Assembly (NCBI GenBank): GCA_951406725.2
Contig: OX597815.1
Location: 160,208,001-160,272,000 of the forward strand
Reading direction: 5' to 3'
Length of the DNA: 64,000 nucleotides
Source: Octopus vulgaris
Taxonomy: Eukaryota
Below are positions 10,903 through 24,811 of the stretch, piece after piece (the stretch's first letter is position 1; each line of letters begins with the position of its first letter). The translations under genes were made by a program, and so were the position numbers. The notes below the pieces were generated by a model. The model was not told where the DNA came from, searched no databases, and saw nothing but the letters and a program-made list of their open reading frames with translations.

Positions 10903-12084
10903 AATTGTAATGTTTAATGTATACCCTTTAAGATGTAATCAATATTTGGTGAACAAGTAAGTTTAATAATGCTGTCTACTTTTTAATTAAAAAAATTTTT
11001 TTGTTGTGGAATCTGGAATCTCAGAGAGTAGAATGTTTAGGTGTCTCCTGAATACTTTTGCATTTACATTACATCCATCTTTATTTACTTCTTTTACATT
11101 AATATCTATCCTCTAGAGATCTCTCGGGGTCTTTTTTTTTGTCAGGACATTGAAGAACTGTGGGCACTTAAATATTTATTTCAAGATTTGGCACAATGCC
11201 AGCAATTTTAGGGGAGGGTAAGTCAGTTATATTGCCTCCAGTGCACAACAGGCACTTATTTTATCAACTAAAATTTTTGAATGAATAAATCCAATTTCCA
11301 CAGTGAAAGGGTTTAGCAGCAGTTGAAGAATCTGCTGGCTTTAGAAATGGTGTTAGTTTGGTAGAGGTCTCATTTAGAGGTGAGAAAGAGAGAAGGAATG
11401 TTTATGTTGAAGAGATGTTATAAGTTGTTGATAGGAAAAAAAAGGAAAAAATTCCATTTCTGTATCAGTGGTATTATTTTGTGAAGAATACTAGAACCAA
11501 GAAGAGGTGCGAATTTTGAAGTCACTGGACAATAAATTCCAAGAGGTGTGAAATGCAATAGCTGCTCTTGAGGTGGTGTAAAAGATAGTCAAATAGATTT
11601 TAGCGATCAGGAGAATTTGGAGAGTGGTAGCAGCAGTAGCAAATGTATTTAGAATAATGAAAGAGCGAGACTCTGAGCCAGAAAAGACTTTGTTCTAGAT
11701 ATATCTAAGTAAGATAGAATGTATTTTCTGTGTGTATGTGTGTGTGTGTGTGTGTGTCTGTCTGTCTCTCTCTCTCTCTCTCTGTATGTGTGTATTTACT
11801 TTGCCCACCATCCTTCTGGGTTTAATAAAATGAAAATACTAATCCAAGATGTTGGATAAGTGGAGACATTAATAAAAAAAATCATTCCAGGTACCTCGTG
11901 GTATTTGTTGTGGTTCTTTGTGTTTTGAATTGAAATCCTACCTTCAGCCTACTTGGGTGGTAGACTTAATCAATCCCTGATTCAACTCCACCACCTGGCA
12001 CCATTTGGTACCTTTTGCAGATCCCACTCCACTATAAGCAACAGACTATACATCTAGATAGCTTATTCCTTCCCTCAGCTATCA

Positions 12085-12485
12085 TGGAAGCCCTGTAAAA
12101 GGTCATGGAATTTGGTGAGTGAAATGTAGCTGTGAATGTAGAGGATATGCAAAGACTAGAGAGGAATGAAGCTAACTTGCTCTATTAGATGTGATCTGCT
12201 ATGCCAGTGTGCTTGTATAACAAAGTGCTAATGTACTGAGGAAAATATGCCTAAGAAGAATCAAATGTAGTGTGCAAGAGAGAAGACTGTGCTGGTTTGG
12301 TGATGTGATGCATATGAATGAGGACTGTTGCATAAAGAAGTGCCTGTTGCTGGAACATTTAGTAGAGAAAGATCCAGAAAAACATAGAATGAAATAGTGA
12401 AGGCTGGTTTCAAGACACTGAACCTAATGGAGGAAAGGACAAAGAATTAAGATGACTGATCATTTGCTCTGTTTGAGAAGACAAC
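12085..12485 (+). mobile_element. Degraded RTE-clade LINE C-terminal fragment (family RTE-D)
   Basis: Remnant peptides EDMQRLERNEA, VQERRLCWFGDVMHMNED and ...FEKT; homologous to 38455-38600 and 52030-52300. Confidence 0.7.
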
Positions 12486-13289
12486 AGCAAATATGAGGTT
12501 CTAAGATAATTTTGTTCGTTTGTATGTGCAAGGTCCTGTTCCTACATCCTCACTGCTCAGTCAAGCATTCCCCATATCTCATCTCCCTATCCAGCCTTTC
12601 TCCCAAGAACTATCTTTCCTTGACACATATTAACATCACCTAACTTTTTGTGCTACAGGTTACTGCCTTCCCTCCCCTCTTCCTTCCACTTCCATCCCTC
12701 ATTCTCATTATTAACCTTTCCCAAGAACTTCCAGGTGTTCTCTTTACCCTCCTCTGCCATGCTTTATCTTAACTCCTTACATATAGGCTATAATTTCCGG
12801 TACTCACTCTTGTCTGTCACCATGCCCCTTCACTTTATTTACCTCTTATGTACCCCTTCCCAACCACTCCAATGTATTGCTTGGTTGTCATCTTTTACTT
12901 TCTGAACTTTCATACCTGAATCACTCTTCTCTCTCATCTTAACCATCCTCATCAATACTCATATTTCCCATTACGTCTATGCCTCCACTTCTGTTCGTCA
13001 CTCGCTACATTCACTTCTACCCCCCATCTCTAACCATCTGGTATTCTCCCCTTCAACTCTTATGACTCCACCGTCTGAATTGCTGCATGTACCATATCTT
13101 GTTTCTCAAGAGTTTTGCTCTGACAACCCATCACTACCATCTTACTTTTCTCCAGATACACCTGTTTGTCTCTAGCATAAAAATCACTTCTCCCTCTCAA
13201 ATATTCCCCTGCCCCAACTTAGTTGAAAGGGCTTTTGCGTTTTCTTTTTCTTGTTTTTTCCTGTCTTGCAAGTTATTGGACAATACCAG

Positions 13290-13445
13290 CAGAGCCAGTG
13301 AGATGAAAAAAGCACCCAGTACACAAATGGTTCGAGGTAGGAAGGGCATCCAGTCATAGAAACCCTACCAAAGCTGACATAGAGCACTATGCATGCCATT
13401 GGCTCCTGTCAAACCATCTAACCCATGCTAGAATAAGCATTAACA
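13290..13445 (+). mobile_element. RTE-D 3' UTR fragment
   Basis: AAAAAGCACCC...GGAAGGGCATCCAG...AACCCATGCTAG motif set shared with 63712-63903. Confidence 0.6.
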
Positions 13446-13451
13446 TTAAAT

Positions 13452-13518
13452 GAGTATATATATACATATATATATATGTATATATATATGTATATATATA
13501 TACATATATATATATACA

Positions 13519-13595
<77 letters not shown>

Positions 13596-13622
13596 GTTAT
13601 ATATATATGTATATATATATAT

Positions 13623-13678
<56 letters not shown>

Positions 13679-13730
13679 ATATATATATATATATGTGTAT
13701 ATATATATACACATATATATATATATACAT

Positions 13731-13795
<65 letters not shown>
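13452..13795. repeat. Compound (TA)n/(TATG)n microsatellite
   Basis: Direct reading; source of the YI-repeat ORFs. Confidence 0.95.
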
Positions 13796-14384
13796 AATAA
13801 AATAAATATAAGAGAGTGGTCACTATATTGATCACTCTAGCACCAGTTAAATTAGTATCTAATTCTCTCACCCTTATTAATTAATTATATGTATATATAT
13901 ATATCTCTCTGTTAAATTGCTAAATGCTGCGGTTTTCACCGTTAATACTTGGTGTTTGTCAACTTTAACCCACGCTGGTGGAAAGGGGAGAGCAGAAATT
14001 CTTCGCTTGCATATTCGAATTTGATAGCACTTTTAGTTCGAGCAGAATTCTAGAGGTGATTAGAAGCCGAAAGGGTATGCTCCCGACTTTCAGTGTTCCC
14101 AAATCCGATTCAAGGAATTCTGAGCTGAAGAAAGAAATGTCGAATTGACTAATCTAGAAACGTACGTTCTCAAATAACCTTTGCACTTGATTTTTTAATG
14201 TTTTTCCCCCATACTTTTGTGAGTTGGTTTAGGCAAACACTATCTGAGAGAGATCTTCTTAAGTATTAGAAATAGCTGAAGAAATTTCTTTAGCTGCTAT
14301 TTCTAATGAGTTCAGTATGTGGCAAAGTAATTTATTTTACTAAGCCCTTATATATAATGTTATATGTATATATATATATATATG

Positions 14385-14453
<69 letters not shown>

Positions 14454-14460
14454 ATATATG

Positions 14461-14494
<34 letters not shown>

Positions 14495-15287
14495 TGTATA
14501 TATATCAGTCAATAAATCATCTGGCTGTGTGTATCTAGCAATTAGTTTTTCATAATATACAATGCATCGTATAAATTATGGAACCAAAGTACAATGCATA
14601 TAAATTAATTAATTCTGTAAGACTTCTATGGTGTAATGTGGTTTATAATTTTCTTTTAGCATTAATTGTCACAGCTCCTTTGCCAGATTATTTATTCCCG
14701 TATTTAATGATATTCATAAAGTCTGTCTGGAAGAGCATATGTGATTTAACCAAACTGAAGCAGAATGAGATTCATTGAATGATTCTTTAGAATTATTATT
14801 TTCCTCTGTGATGGTTAATATCATGAGAATTATGTTCAGCCATTAAATATCCATCCACTAAAAGCACTTCTTTTTTATCTTTGTTGGATTACCATGAATA
14901 TTTTTTTTCCTTTCTTCTTTTGTTTGTAAAAGAAGTACATAGTAAATGGGAAATAGTATCATGAAAAGAGTAGTGACAAAATGTCTATATAATATATTGT
15001 CTGTTTTGTTTGTGGAATATTCAATATTGGTGTGTATAGATGGTCATTTTAATACTTATACACTCGGTTGTTTGTCTCAGCTCTTATCTACCCGGTAAAG
15101 GAGATCAGAAATGTTTAGTGTCTGAACTGTGGCACCAGTGATCACTAGCTATAAGCTCATGAATTTTCAAGTAAACGGAAGAAAGAAAAAACACATTGTA
15201 GTAATCAAACCATTATTTATCGCTCTCTCTCTCTATACATATATATATATATGTATATATATGTATATATACATATATATATGTATA

Positions 15288-15334
<47 letters not shown>

Positions 15335-15988
15335 CTAGAATTAGACTGACTTCAGTGATACAATACAATAATTCTGAAAACCAGGTGTTCAAATCTTGCT
15401 ACTGAAATTGTGTTATACGCTTATGTAAACTCTAAAATCTATGAGTTGTTACACATTTATGAGTTATGAAATAAATGCAAGCCTCCTTCCACATTTCTGA
15501 ACCACTATCCTGAATGGATTAAATGGAAACAAACAAAGCAAAATCCCCATTCTTCACAATTGACACAAATGTACACTTATTTTAACATTTATCTTAATGC
15601 TTACATATATTTCTAACTGACAAGGAACTGTCACATGGATACTGAAAGATATCCATAAAACAATACAAGTAAAGAAATATTCAGTATGCTTCAGTTCTCA
15701 TTCCATTTCATAACAGTTTTTAAAAAATTGATACAAGATTAACCTAAAAGTTAACAAACAAACAACAAAATTTTCTTTAGTGAAACAGAATAGGTAGGCT
15801 GTTGTATAAAATATTTTGTCATTTTTTTTTTATCAAATCCTCTTGGGTTGATTTTATCATTCATCCATCTGAGGGTGATAAATAAGTTCCAGTTATATAC
15901 AAAGTTGATACAATTGAGTGTATTCTACTTTGATGGTAACCCAGCATCACCACAGTTCAATATGCACATATATATATATATGTATATA

Positions 15989-16047
<59 letters not shown>

Positions 16048-16062
16048 GCATATATAAATGTC

Positions 16063-16093
<31 letters not shown>

Positions 16094-17156
16094 ATGTATG
16101 ATTTAAAGGGCACAATGCATGTACTTAAGTGCTTCTAATAGTTTTCTATGTTGAGAAATATGCAAACATATTCTTCAGGTGCAAACCACATATCATAATG
16201 AACTAAAAAAAACTGATTAATAGAAGAAACGCAAAAAAAAAAACAAAAAAAAAACTGCGAAGGCAGCAGATAGAAAATGCAGAAAGTAAAAATTGGAAAA
16301 TGAAAACACATAAACTAAAATGTGAAAGCTAAAAAGCAAAAACGTAAGAGCTATTGTTCTTAGACCTGAAATGATAAGGCTGGAGAGATATCAAGTTAGG
16401 AAAAAGTGGAATTTTCCAAATCTTCAAAATGTATTTATACATATGCTTGTAACCACTGAAAATTTCTGACCTAGAGTTCAGTAGAGAGTTAGGGATCTTA
16501 GATCTGAACAGATATGCACTCTTTCAGCTAAACAAAGCTTCATTTATTTGATCCATTCCCATAAGGAAGGAGTTCTCAATGACTTTCCATTTAATCACAT
16601 GTGGTGTTTCATTATCTTTCAAAGTCCATATATATATATATATTTATATATATACATATGTATGTCTGTATGTATATATATATATATAGTTCCTATAAAG
16701 ATATTTAGACCCTCTTATAGAGATATTTTTATCTAAGATACACTGGTTCAATATATTGTATTTTGAAGAGATATTTCTTCAATGAATATATTATATAAAA
16801 TATCAAATATTATTATTAAGTTTGAAAGTGGAGAGATCCAATGGACACAAATTGATTTATTAATCAGTTAACATCTTCACCTGTAATTGTTTCATTTTGC
16901 AAACAATTTAAACTACAAAACGTATATAAATACATAAGCTTGCATTTCAAAATGCCTCAGGGGAAAAAATCATTAGGGATTGAAAAAGGACAATACAAGA
17001 ATTACATTATGATCTGTTGGAATACTTCAGCAGACTAAGAATATATGAGCATGTTTATTATGTGTGTATGTGCAAAATGAAACAATTGTAGCTGAAGATG
17101 TTAATTGGTTAATAAATTAATTTGTATCCACTGGATCCCTCTGTTTTCAAACTTAC

Positions 17157-17790
17157 TCTTTTACTCTTTTACTTGTTTCAGTCATTTGACTGTGGCCATG
17201 CTGGAGCACCACCTTTAGTCGAGCAAATCGACCCCAGGACTTACTCTTTGGAAGCCTAGTACTTATTCTATCCATCTCTTTTGCTGAACCGCTAAGTTAC
17301 AGGGGACATAAACACACCAGCATTGGTTGTCAAGTGATGTTGGGGGGAAACAAGCACACACACACACACACACAATATATATGAATATACATATATACGA
17401 CAGGCTTCTTTCAGTTTCTGTCTACCAAATCCACTCACAAGGCTTTGGTCGGCCTGAGGCTATAGTAGAAGACACTTGCCCAAGGTGCCATGCAGTGGGA
17501 CTGAACCCGGAACCCGGAACCAAGCTACTTACCACCTATGATTATATGTAATTTTGTGTGTGTGTGTGTGCATATGTATACACACACACATATATATGTC
17601 TTTGTGTCTGTGTTTGTCCCCTACCACTGCTTGATAACCAATGTTGATATGTTTACATTTCTGTGACTTAGTGATTTGGCAAAAGAGACTGATACTAGGC
17701 TTGACAAAAGATAAGTACTCTGATCGATTCATTCAACTAAAAATTCTTTGAGGCAATGCCCCAGCATGAACTGAAACAAATAAAGGATAA
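17157..17790. mobile_element. SINE A (minus, 17157-17535) plus an oppositely oriented SINE A 3' half (plus, ~17600-17790)
   Basis: Matches the other A copies; the two homologous halves form an imperfect inverted pair. Confidence 0.8.
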
Positions 17791-19660
17791 AAGATTTTCA
17801 AAAAATAAAAAAAAAAAAGATATTCTAAATCTCAGTTTTAAATTTAGTCACAGATTTTTCATTCTAGAATCCTTCTAGTGTCTTAAAAATAAGCTGGTGT
17901 TAATTTTCCTCCTCTGATATCTTCCTTAATCCTCACATCTCACCCAAGGTCACACTGCTGTAGTCATCAACATAATTTCTTTAATTATACATTTATCTTT
18001 CCATCTTAGCAATAGAAATGATTTCAGAGCAAATGATTTTTCCAAACTCACTTCTATTTTCAACTATATTATTCCATTTAAAACATTCTTCATATCTTTT
18101 TCTTTTCTTTTAGTTTGCACCTCCCTCCTTATATCTATTTTCTCTTTCCTTTTTACTCTTAATTTCTTAACTTTTTAAATTTAATTTTTATTAATTTCAT
18201 TTTTTCCCCCCTGACTTCGCACTTTCTAATGCTCTTTTCATTATTATTGTCATCCTATTTGCTCACTATTTTCTTGTCTTTTGTGAATATTTCCATTATT
18301 TGTTTAATCCCTAAAATCTCCCCAATATAATTTTTCTTGATTTTATACCAATTTTTTTTTACTAGCCTTTTCTTCTTTTTTTCCATTTGCCAAAATATCT
18401 GATGTTTATCTCAAATTAAATGTCAAACCTGTCCAAACTTCCTTCACTTCATCATAGATAATCATAAATCCACATTCTCAGAATAAAATCAAATTGACTT
18501 GCACTATTGATTTTGAATATCCTAAACACAGTCCCATCATCAGGCCATTAATATGAAGTGTTGTTATCTTTGCAGCTTCAGCACATTCATAATATAAATG
18601 ACCTTTTGTGGGAGAGAAAAGGGAAGAGAAGGGACGAGGTAGGGTTCTTTTGTTACCAGCAGAAATAACAGTTCTCTTATTTTTTTTCAGCCTTTACTTT
18701 GTAACCAAGACAATACGTTACTATTAACTCAACTTCAGCCCTTTTTTTCAAGTTGCTAAGTAACATCCTATGAATCATTTATAGCCCTCAGCTGATCATA
18801 CTGCAGCATGTTGCTACTACATGATACACTTTACTCTTTTGCATAAATTGCTTGTAATTACAGTACTCACGTAATATTAAATTGCTGCTAGGCTGCTATA
18901 TTCCTAGTGTTGTCAGGTTTCGAATCTTTTAAGGCTAATTAATAATTCAGGATTACCAGGTTCACCTTCCAAGGTTCTCTGATTTATATTCTCTCTTCTA
19001 CTTAACTTGCAATTCTTAAGATTAACTCAGCAATAAGAATAAGGTTATTCTCAAATGAACCCTTCCGTGGGCATTCATTCCCCAATTTTCTTTTATAATA
19101 AAGATCAGTAAAATGTAATTATGGTTTTATAATGAGATTCATATTGACTCAAACGACATTTCTCCTAAGTCAACCATAGGTGTTAGGTGGTGAATACTTA
19201 ATTATAAAATATAATTACACTTCATATTTACCTGTCTATGAAAAGAGGTGGGATAGTTCAAAGATTTAATATTTGTTAGAATAAAATTAGAAAAAGAGAA
19301 ACAAAATATACTGGTAATTGCGCCTATCATTAGCTATTTCATTTATTGAAAAGTTTTTCAAGTCATTTATCCACAGAAGCAATTTCTCTACATTATATAG
19401 ATTTTGTGTGGTTTACCAGGCAAGAAAGTTTGTCAGTAAATGTTTGTATTAGTTTTTGTTAAATGAGAAAGGGAAATAACCCCATGTATTTAATAGGTCC
19501 TCTGAGACTGTTCACATCACTGCAGCTGTTATTCAGTTTAAATATTTACTGTTTAAGGTTTCAAAAATCATTGCAGACAAGGGAAAATTTCAGAGGAATG
19601 TTGTACAAGGGAAGAAAAGATGTCATGAGGTACTGTGTTTGAAAACTGGGAAGAGAGACA

Positions 19661-20073
19661 AGATGGAGCTGGTAGAAACGTTAGCATGCCAGGCAAAATG
19701 CGTAGCCGTATTTCGTCTACCGTTACGTTCTGAGTTCAAATTCTGCCAAGGTTGACTTTGCCATTCATCCTTTCGAGGTTGATTAAATAAGTACCAGTTA
19801 CACACTGGGGTCGATGTAATCGACTTAATCCGTTTGTCTGTCCTTGTTTGTCCCCTCTGTGTTTAGCCCCTTGTGGGTAGTAAAGAAATAGGTATTTCGT
19901 CTGCCGTTACGTTCTGAGTTCAAATTCCGCCGAGGTCAACTTTGCCTTTTATCCTATCGAGGTCGATAAATTAAGTACCAGCTACGCACTGTGGTCGATG
20001 TAATCGACTTAATCCGTTTGTCTGTCCTTGTTTGTCCCCTCTATGTTTAGCGCCTTATGGGCAATAAAGAAAT
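19661..20073 (+). mobile_element. SINE family B, dimeric form (second copy)
   Basis: Same internal junction GAAATA|GGTATTTCGTCTG at 19891 as at 907; AAGATGGAG repeated at 19660-19668 and 20074-20082. Confidence 0.9.
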
Positions 20074-20264
20074 AAGATGGAGTAAAGATGACGAGAGGGA
20101 AATGATGAATGCATGAGCTGGGCCTGAATTTATGTGATATTTATAACTACTTCTGAGTATTAGGGGCTGCTATAGTAGTGAGGGAAAGGTCCAGACAGAA
20201 AAAAAATTGCATCTCTGAGCTGAAGGCTGTTGCATGCTCATGACTAAATCTTTACCAATAATAG

Positions 20265-20420
20265 GTGCAGGCATGGCTGTGTGGTTTAGAAGTTTTTTAT
20301 TCCCAACCATATGGTTTTTGATGCAGGTCCACTGTAAAGTACCTTAGGTAAGTGTCTTCTGCCATAGCCCTGAGCTGATCAAAGCCTTGTGAGTGCATTT
20401 GGTAAATGGAAATTGAATGA
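20265..20420 (+). mobile_element. Degraded SINE A 5' part
   Basis: GCAGGCATGGCTGTGTGGT head; ACCTTAGGTAAGTGTCTTCT. Confidence 0.65.
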
Positions 20421-20423
20421 AAC

Positions 20424-20912
20424 ATGATTTGGGATAGAGAAGAGAAACTGTGCATAGTTGTGGTAATTAGCTGTCCAGAGGATGTTAGCATAAAGCTGGA
20501 GATGAGTGAAAAAGAACACCTATGCCGAACTATTGAGAAGTCTGCAGTTACTTTATCCAGATTACAAGTTCAGATTTATAGCAGTAATTATTGAGGCTCT
20601 GAGATATGTAACACACTGCCTAAATACCAATCTTGAGAAATTAGGCTTCTCAAAACCAGAAAGGAAAAAGCTAATTCGTAGACTACAGATCCAATCCACC
20701 ACTGGAACAGTAAAAATCTGTAAAACTTTTTCCAGAAGTTTATCATTTAAGTATGTATGAGCATGTGTAGATATGTAACTATATGCATGAGAATACATAC
20801 ATGCATATCGATGTTGAAATTTCAATGAAGGAACCTTGGATCTAGGTTAGAAACTAGCTCTTTCTCTATTGGCAAAAAATCTTCAAATAAACTGAATAAT
20901 GACATACATACA
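20424..20912 (+). mobile_element. R4-clade LINE 3' end (family R4-c), RLE C-terminus plus 3' UTR, (CATA)n tail
   Basis: IWDREEKLCIVV.ISCP..., NTYAELLRSLQLLYPDYKFRFIAVIIEAL...GTVKICKTF; the UTR ends CTGAATAATGA(CATA)n. Confidence 0.8.
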
Positions 20913-21432
20913 TATATATATATATTATATTCTTATTCAAGAATGTTGTTGGTAGTGACTTTGAAGTTTTGGTCAGCTAAGCCATTGTCAGACTGCAATG
21001 CATTAAGTTAGTTTTGCCTTTATATAGTCTATTTTGAGTTAATAATCCTCTCAATTTCAGACCTTTTTTAAGTTGCTAAGGGAATCGTTTATGGCCCTCA
21101 GTTGATTATACATTGGAGTTATTTTGCTTTTATATAGTCTTTATTCAGTTAAAAATCATCTTTAGGTGTGTGGTTTTGAGTGGGGTGGTAATTAGGCTTT
21201 TATGGAAAGGTGTTTTGGAAAAATTCTTATTGATTAAATTTAGGGTTATGTTACTTTTTAGAATGAACAGCTAGAGAGAATCCTATAAACATACAACCTC
21301 TGCTCAAAATTGGTTATGTTTTCAGTGTAAGTTAGATTACTTCAACTAACCAAACAGTAAAGGAGGGAATATGACAATTGATAAAAGCAATGTAGGAATA
21401 TTTTGTAAGAATCGAGCTGTAATGTTTCAAGA

Positions 21433-21868
21433 TGTAGTGTAACAGGATGAGAGATTCCTGCACTGAATGGGTGCAGCTTGCATCCTTTACATTAAATATT
21501 AATCGAAGAAAGACTCAAGACTTCTGATTAACTTCAACAGTATAAATATTTATTTCTTGATTCGCAATATAAACATTTCCTTCCTCTGGGCGAATTGGCA
21601 GCCTAGGAGCTTATCGGCAGTAGACAAGTGGAGTGAGTTAATCCTGCCTGTTCAAGCATAGCGGAGAGGCGCCATGAGGTAGCAGCTCGAGAGAGCTGAT
21701 GCAGACACGTCTGTCTTGTTCAGCTGCTGGCGTCCAAGAGAGCGATACCAGAGAATTTTACTGCTGCTAGTTTTCTGCGCACGTGCATGAGGGAACTTCT
21801 GGCAGGCCTCCCGGAAGACTCCAACCCTGTGCATGCGTGCTGGAGATTTCCAAGATGGTGTCACTACA
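21433..21868 (-). mobile_element. Putative solo LTR
   Basis: 436-bp GC- and CpG-richer island bounded by TGTAGTG...CACTACA (TG..CA, 7-bp inverted termini); AATAAA on the minus strand near 21550; no clear TSD. Confidence 0.6.
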
Positions 21869-21869
21869 G

Positions 21870-22520
21870 CAGTATAGAAAGAGCAAATATGAGGGGCCAA
21901 AAGCAAAATATTAAAATCATCAACTTTTGTAAAGAATTTGAGGTTATTGATAAATAGTTTGGTATAGTTCTGAATTATCTCTGAATTCTCTTGAAGAAAC
22001 AGAACAGAAATTGTACACTGGGTAAACCACATGAAAAATTAAACAAACTATCAGAGTAGGATATGCACAGACATGTCATGATTTTGAAGTATTAGATTTC
22101 TTGAATGTCAAATAGTGAAGCCAGAAAAATATCATACTCGAGTACTAAATGAAGCCAGATTATAAGGAAATAAATTTGAAGGATAGCAAAGCACCTAATA
22201 TGCACCAACTGCAGTTTTTTATGAGTTTGACCAATAATATAAAATTCAGGCTACTTGAATTAACGACAACTTCCAAAAATAAATGGAAGACTTTTAATTA
22301 ACTTAGTGAAATATTTCAGAAGATTCACTTTTTACCTTTGGGAATAATGATATGCAGGAAATAGCAAAACAGCTTAGTTTAAATGGTTGGCTTTGTATCG
22401 AATCCTACAGAGAATTTAAGAAATCTAAATGGAAGATAGATTCTGCATATTTTCAGCAGTTGCTAATGGCTGTAAATACAATTCTGGTGTCAATAACAGA
22501 AAGTGACTTCAAACTGATTA
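21870..22520 (+). mobile_element. Highly degraded hAT-like transposase relic
   Basis: LLMAVNTILVSITESDF resembles the hAT C-terminal dimerisation motif (..T.PVS.A..ER.FS). Confidence 0.35.
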
Positions 22521-22782
22521 ATTTTCAGTTTTTCTTTTTATTGTGTTTGTGTGATACCTTCTATCAAAATTCAACCCAAAGGAATTTGTGAAGATATTTG
22601 TTCTTAATAGGAGATAAGAGAGAAAAAAATGGTTATTTACCATTGTAGAAAATTCTGTAATGGAAACCACTTAATCCAGTACATGCACTAAAATGACTAA
22701 AGAGGAATTTTAGAGATTCAGAATGTACTTATATTTATAGATTCACTGATCATTGTACATAAAGCACATATGACTAGATATA

Positions 22783-23336
22783 TTGGGTTGTCCGGAAAGT
22801 TCTTGCCAATTTTTAAAGGAAAGTAAAAGGTCAATAAATACTTGCCATGACATTTTTAATCAACCAAATATGAACCATTTTGTTGCACAATGCGTCTCCA
22901 TCTTTCCTTTAACTTGAAAATACCCTCTTCCCATGATTGAGGTGATTTCATGGCAAAGAATTCATCAAGGTATCTTTTTACATCATCCAAGGAATTGAAA
23001 TTTTTACCATTAAGACTATTCTGCAGAGACCTGAATAAGTGGAAATACGAAGGTGCAATATCTGGTGAATATGGAGGGTGGAGTAACACATCCCAGCCGA
23101 GCTGCAGCAATTTTTGTCTGGTTCCCAAAGCATCAAGTGCCAAAAATGGGCTTTCTTATCTGTCATTTTAAAGGGTTACAGAATTAACACAGGTTATAGG
23201 AACAGAAACCTTCTTCCATGAAAAAATAGCTTAAATGGAGGTGTAGTCAAATCCTATTTTATGAACTCAACCATATTCTAAAATAAGTCGAAAGGTAAGC
23301 TACTATAAATCGGCACAAACTTTCTAGACAACCCAA
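22783..23336 (-). mobile_element. Internally deleted mariner (554 bp) with both TIRs
   Basis: TIRs TTGGGTTGTCCGGAAAGTT / AACTTTCTAGACAACCCAA with TA flanks. N-terminal MTDKKAHFWHLML is joined to C-terminal WDVLLHPPYSPDIAPSYFHLFRSL...GSYLVD*. Confidence 0.92.
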
Positions 23337-23579
23337 TATAAAGTTGTTAACTGTAAACTATTTTTATTCTTAATAAATCCAGAAACTAAAGAAAAATTAG
23401 ACAAACTCTTCTGTATGTTGTCATATCTTATTAGTTTCAAGAGGAATTTTTCCATATCTATTGGCTCAATGCATGATTTTATTTGTATTACAGGGCCTTT
23501 TATTTGGTTTGTCTAAGCTTATCAAAATGTTATTAAAGATTACAGGTGTTCTGTGTTGTGTCAGTAAAGATGTTTTGTA

Positions 23580-23880
23580 GACTTCAAGTTAAGTAATTGT
23601 CTTGGGGAAGGTGCTCTCGCATTTTTCTATGAAATCTCTTTCTGAACTCCTTCAAGACCTTCACAAAGTACTCTTTCTTGACTGTCTAACCAGAGGGAAC
23701 TCAGTAGATGTAGGTGATGCCATTGCTATAAAAAAAAGGATCACCATGAGTTACCCAATGGATTTGCTTTGCCTGATCTCTTGTGTCAGTGAAAAACTGA
23801 TGCTTGGCTCATATTAATTAATCCATAAGCAGTCTGGAGCATATCATGTTTCTGTAGTGGTTTTTGACAATTTTGATACA
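23580..23880 (-). mobile_element. Degraded mariner transposase fragment
   Basis: Minus strand GITYIY*VPSG*TVKKEYFVKVLKEFRKRFHRK...QDN. Confidence 0.6.
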
Positions 23881-23900
23881 AGACTTTATTGCATAGTGAG

Positions 23901-23969
<69 letters not shown>

Positions 23970-23971
<2 letters not shown>

Positions 23972-24195
23972 GGCAGTGAGCTGGTAGAATTGTTAGCATG
24001 CTGGACAAAATGCTTTGCAATATTTTGCTCATTGCTATGTTCTGAGTTCAAGTCCCTCCGATGTTGACTTTGCCTTTCATTCTTTCAGGGTCAATAAATT
24101 GAGTACCAGTTGAGTACTGGGATTGATGTAATTGACTCACCGCTCTCCCCAAATTTCAGGCCTTGTGCCTATAATAGAAAGGACTATTATTAAAA
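23970..24195 (+). mobile_element. SINE B following (TTA)n at 23902-23970
   Basis: Same head, B-box and tail as 4485 and 7321. Confidence 0.8.
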
Positions 24196-24243
24196 TAAAA
24201 AAACTAAATGTAAAAGAAATTATTATTATCATTATGATTACTA

Positions 24244-24770
24244 TTGTGTGAGAGAGCATTACATGCCAGCAAGTGACACTGGGATACAAATATAGAAAGC
24301 CCAATATACCCATCATGACTACCCATCTTATAAGGGTACACCAGGCACAGGCATCACAACCATATGTGTGCAACATGGTGATCTCATACCAAGATACACA
24401 GTGCATGACTTTGCAGGTGAGTCCCAGTTAGAATTTTCTTCGGGTCAAGTAGCCTATCTCATTCAAAAGGTCCCTGAATAATGCCTGTTTAAGGAGGTTG
24501 AATGAAACAACTATGTTTACAGAGGTGAATTATTCAAACCTCAAAGAATTCCTCAGCACATAGCTATGATGCTCCTCCACTGCTTTGGCTTATGATTAGA
24601 GATGCACATATTGTCAGCCACTAAGGGACATGCTCAACTGGTTAAAGTCAAGCAAACCTGTGGTACTGAGCAGAATGTTTGCTGTAGCCTATCTTTTACA
24701 CCAAGACAAAACATGTACATGATAACACTTCCAATCAATTAAGATCAAAAACCATGAGAGCCACTATCTA
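24244..24770 (-). mobile_element. Family E retroposon, second copy
   Basis: Colinear with 3824-4370; TTA-type repeats on both sides. Confidence 0.85.
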
Positions 24771-24811
24771 TTATTATCATTATTATTATTATTATTATTT
24801 GGACTGGCTTG

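Noticed and set aside
13446-13871. Multiple Tyr/Ile-repeat ORFs (also 14306-14555, 15918-16113, 44761-45062, 56661-57603)
   Set aside because: Translations of (TA)n/(TATG)n microsatellites, open in several frames on both strands.
21652-22032. 126-aa minus-strand ORF
   Set aside because: Spans the LTR-like boundary into AT-rich flank; no domain similarity recognised.
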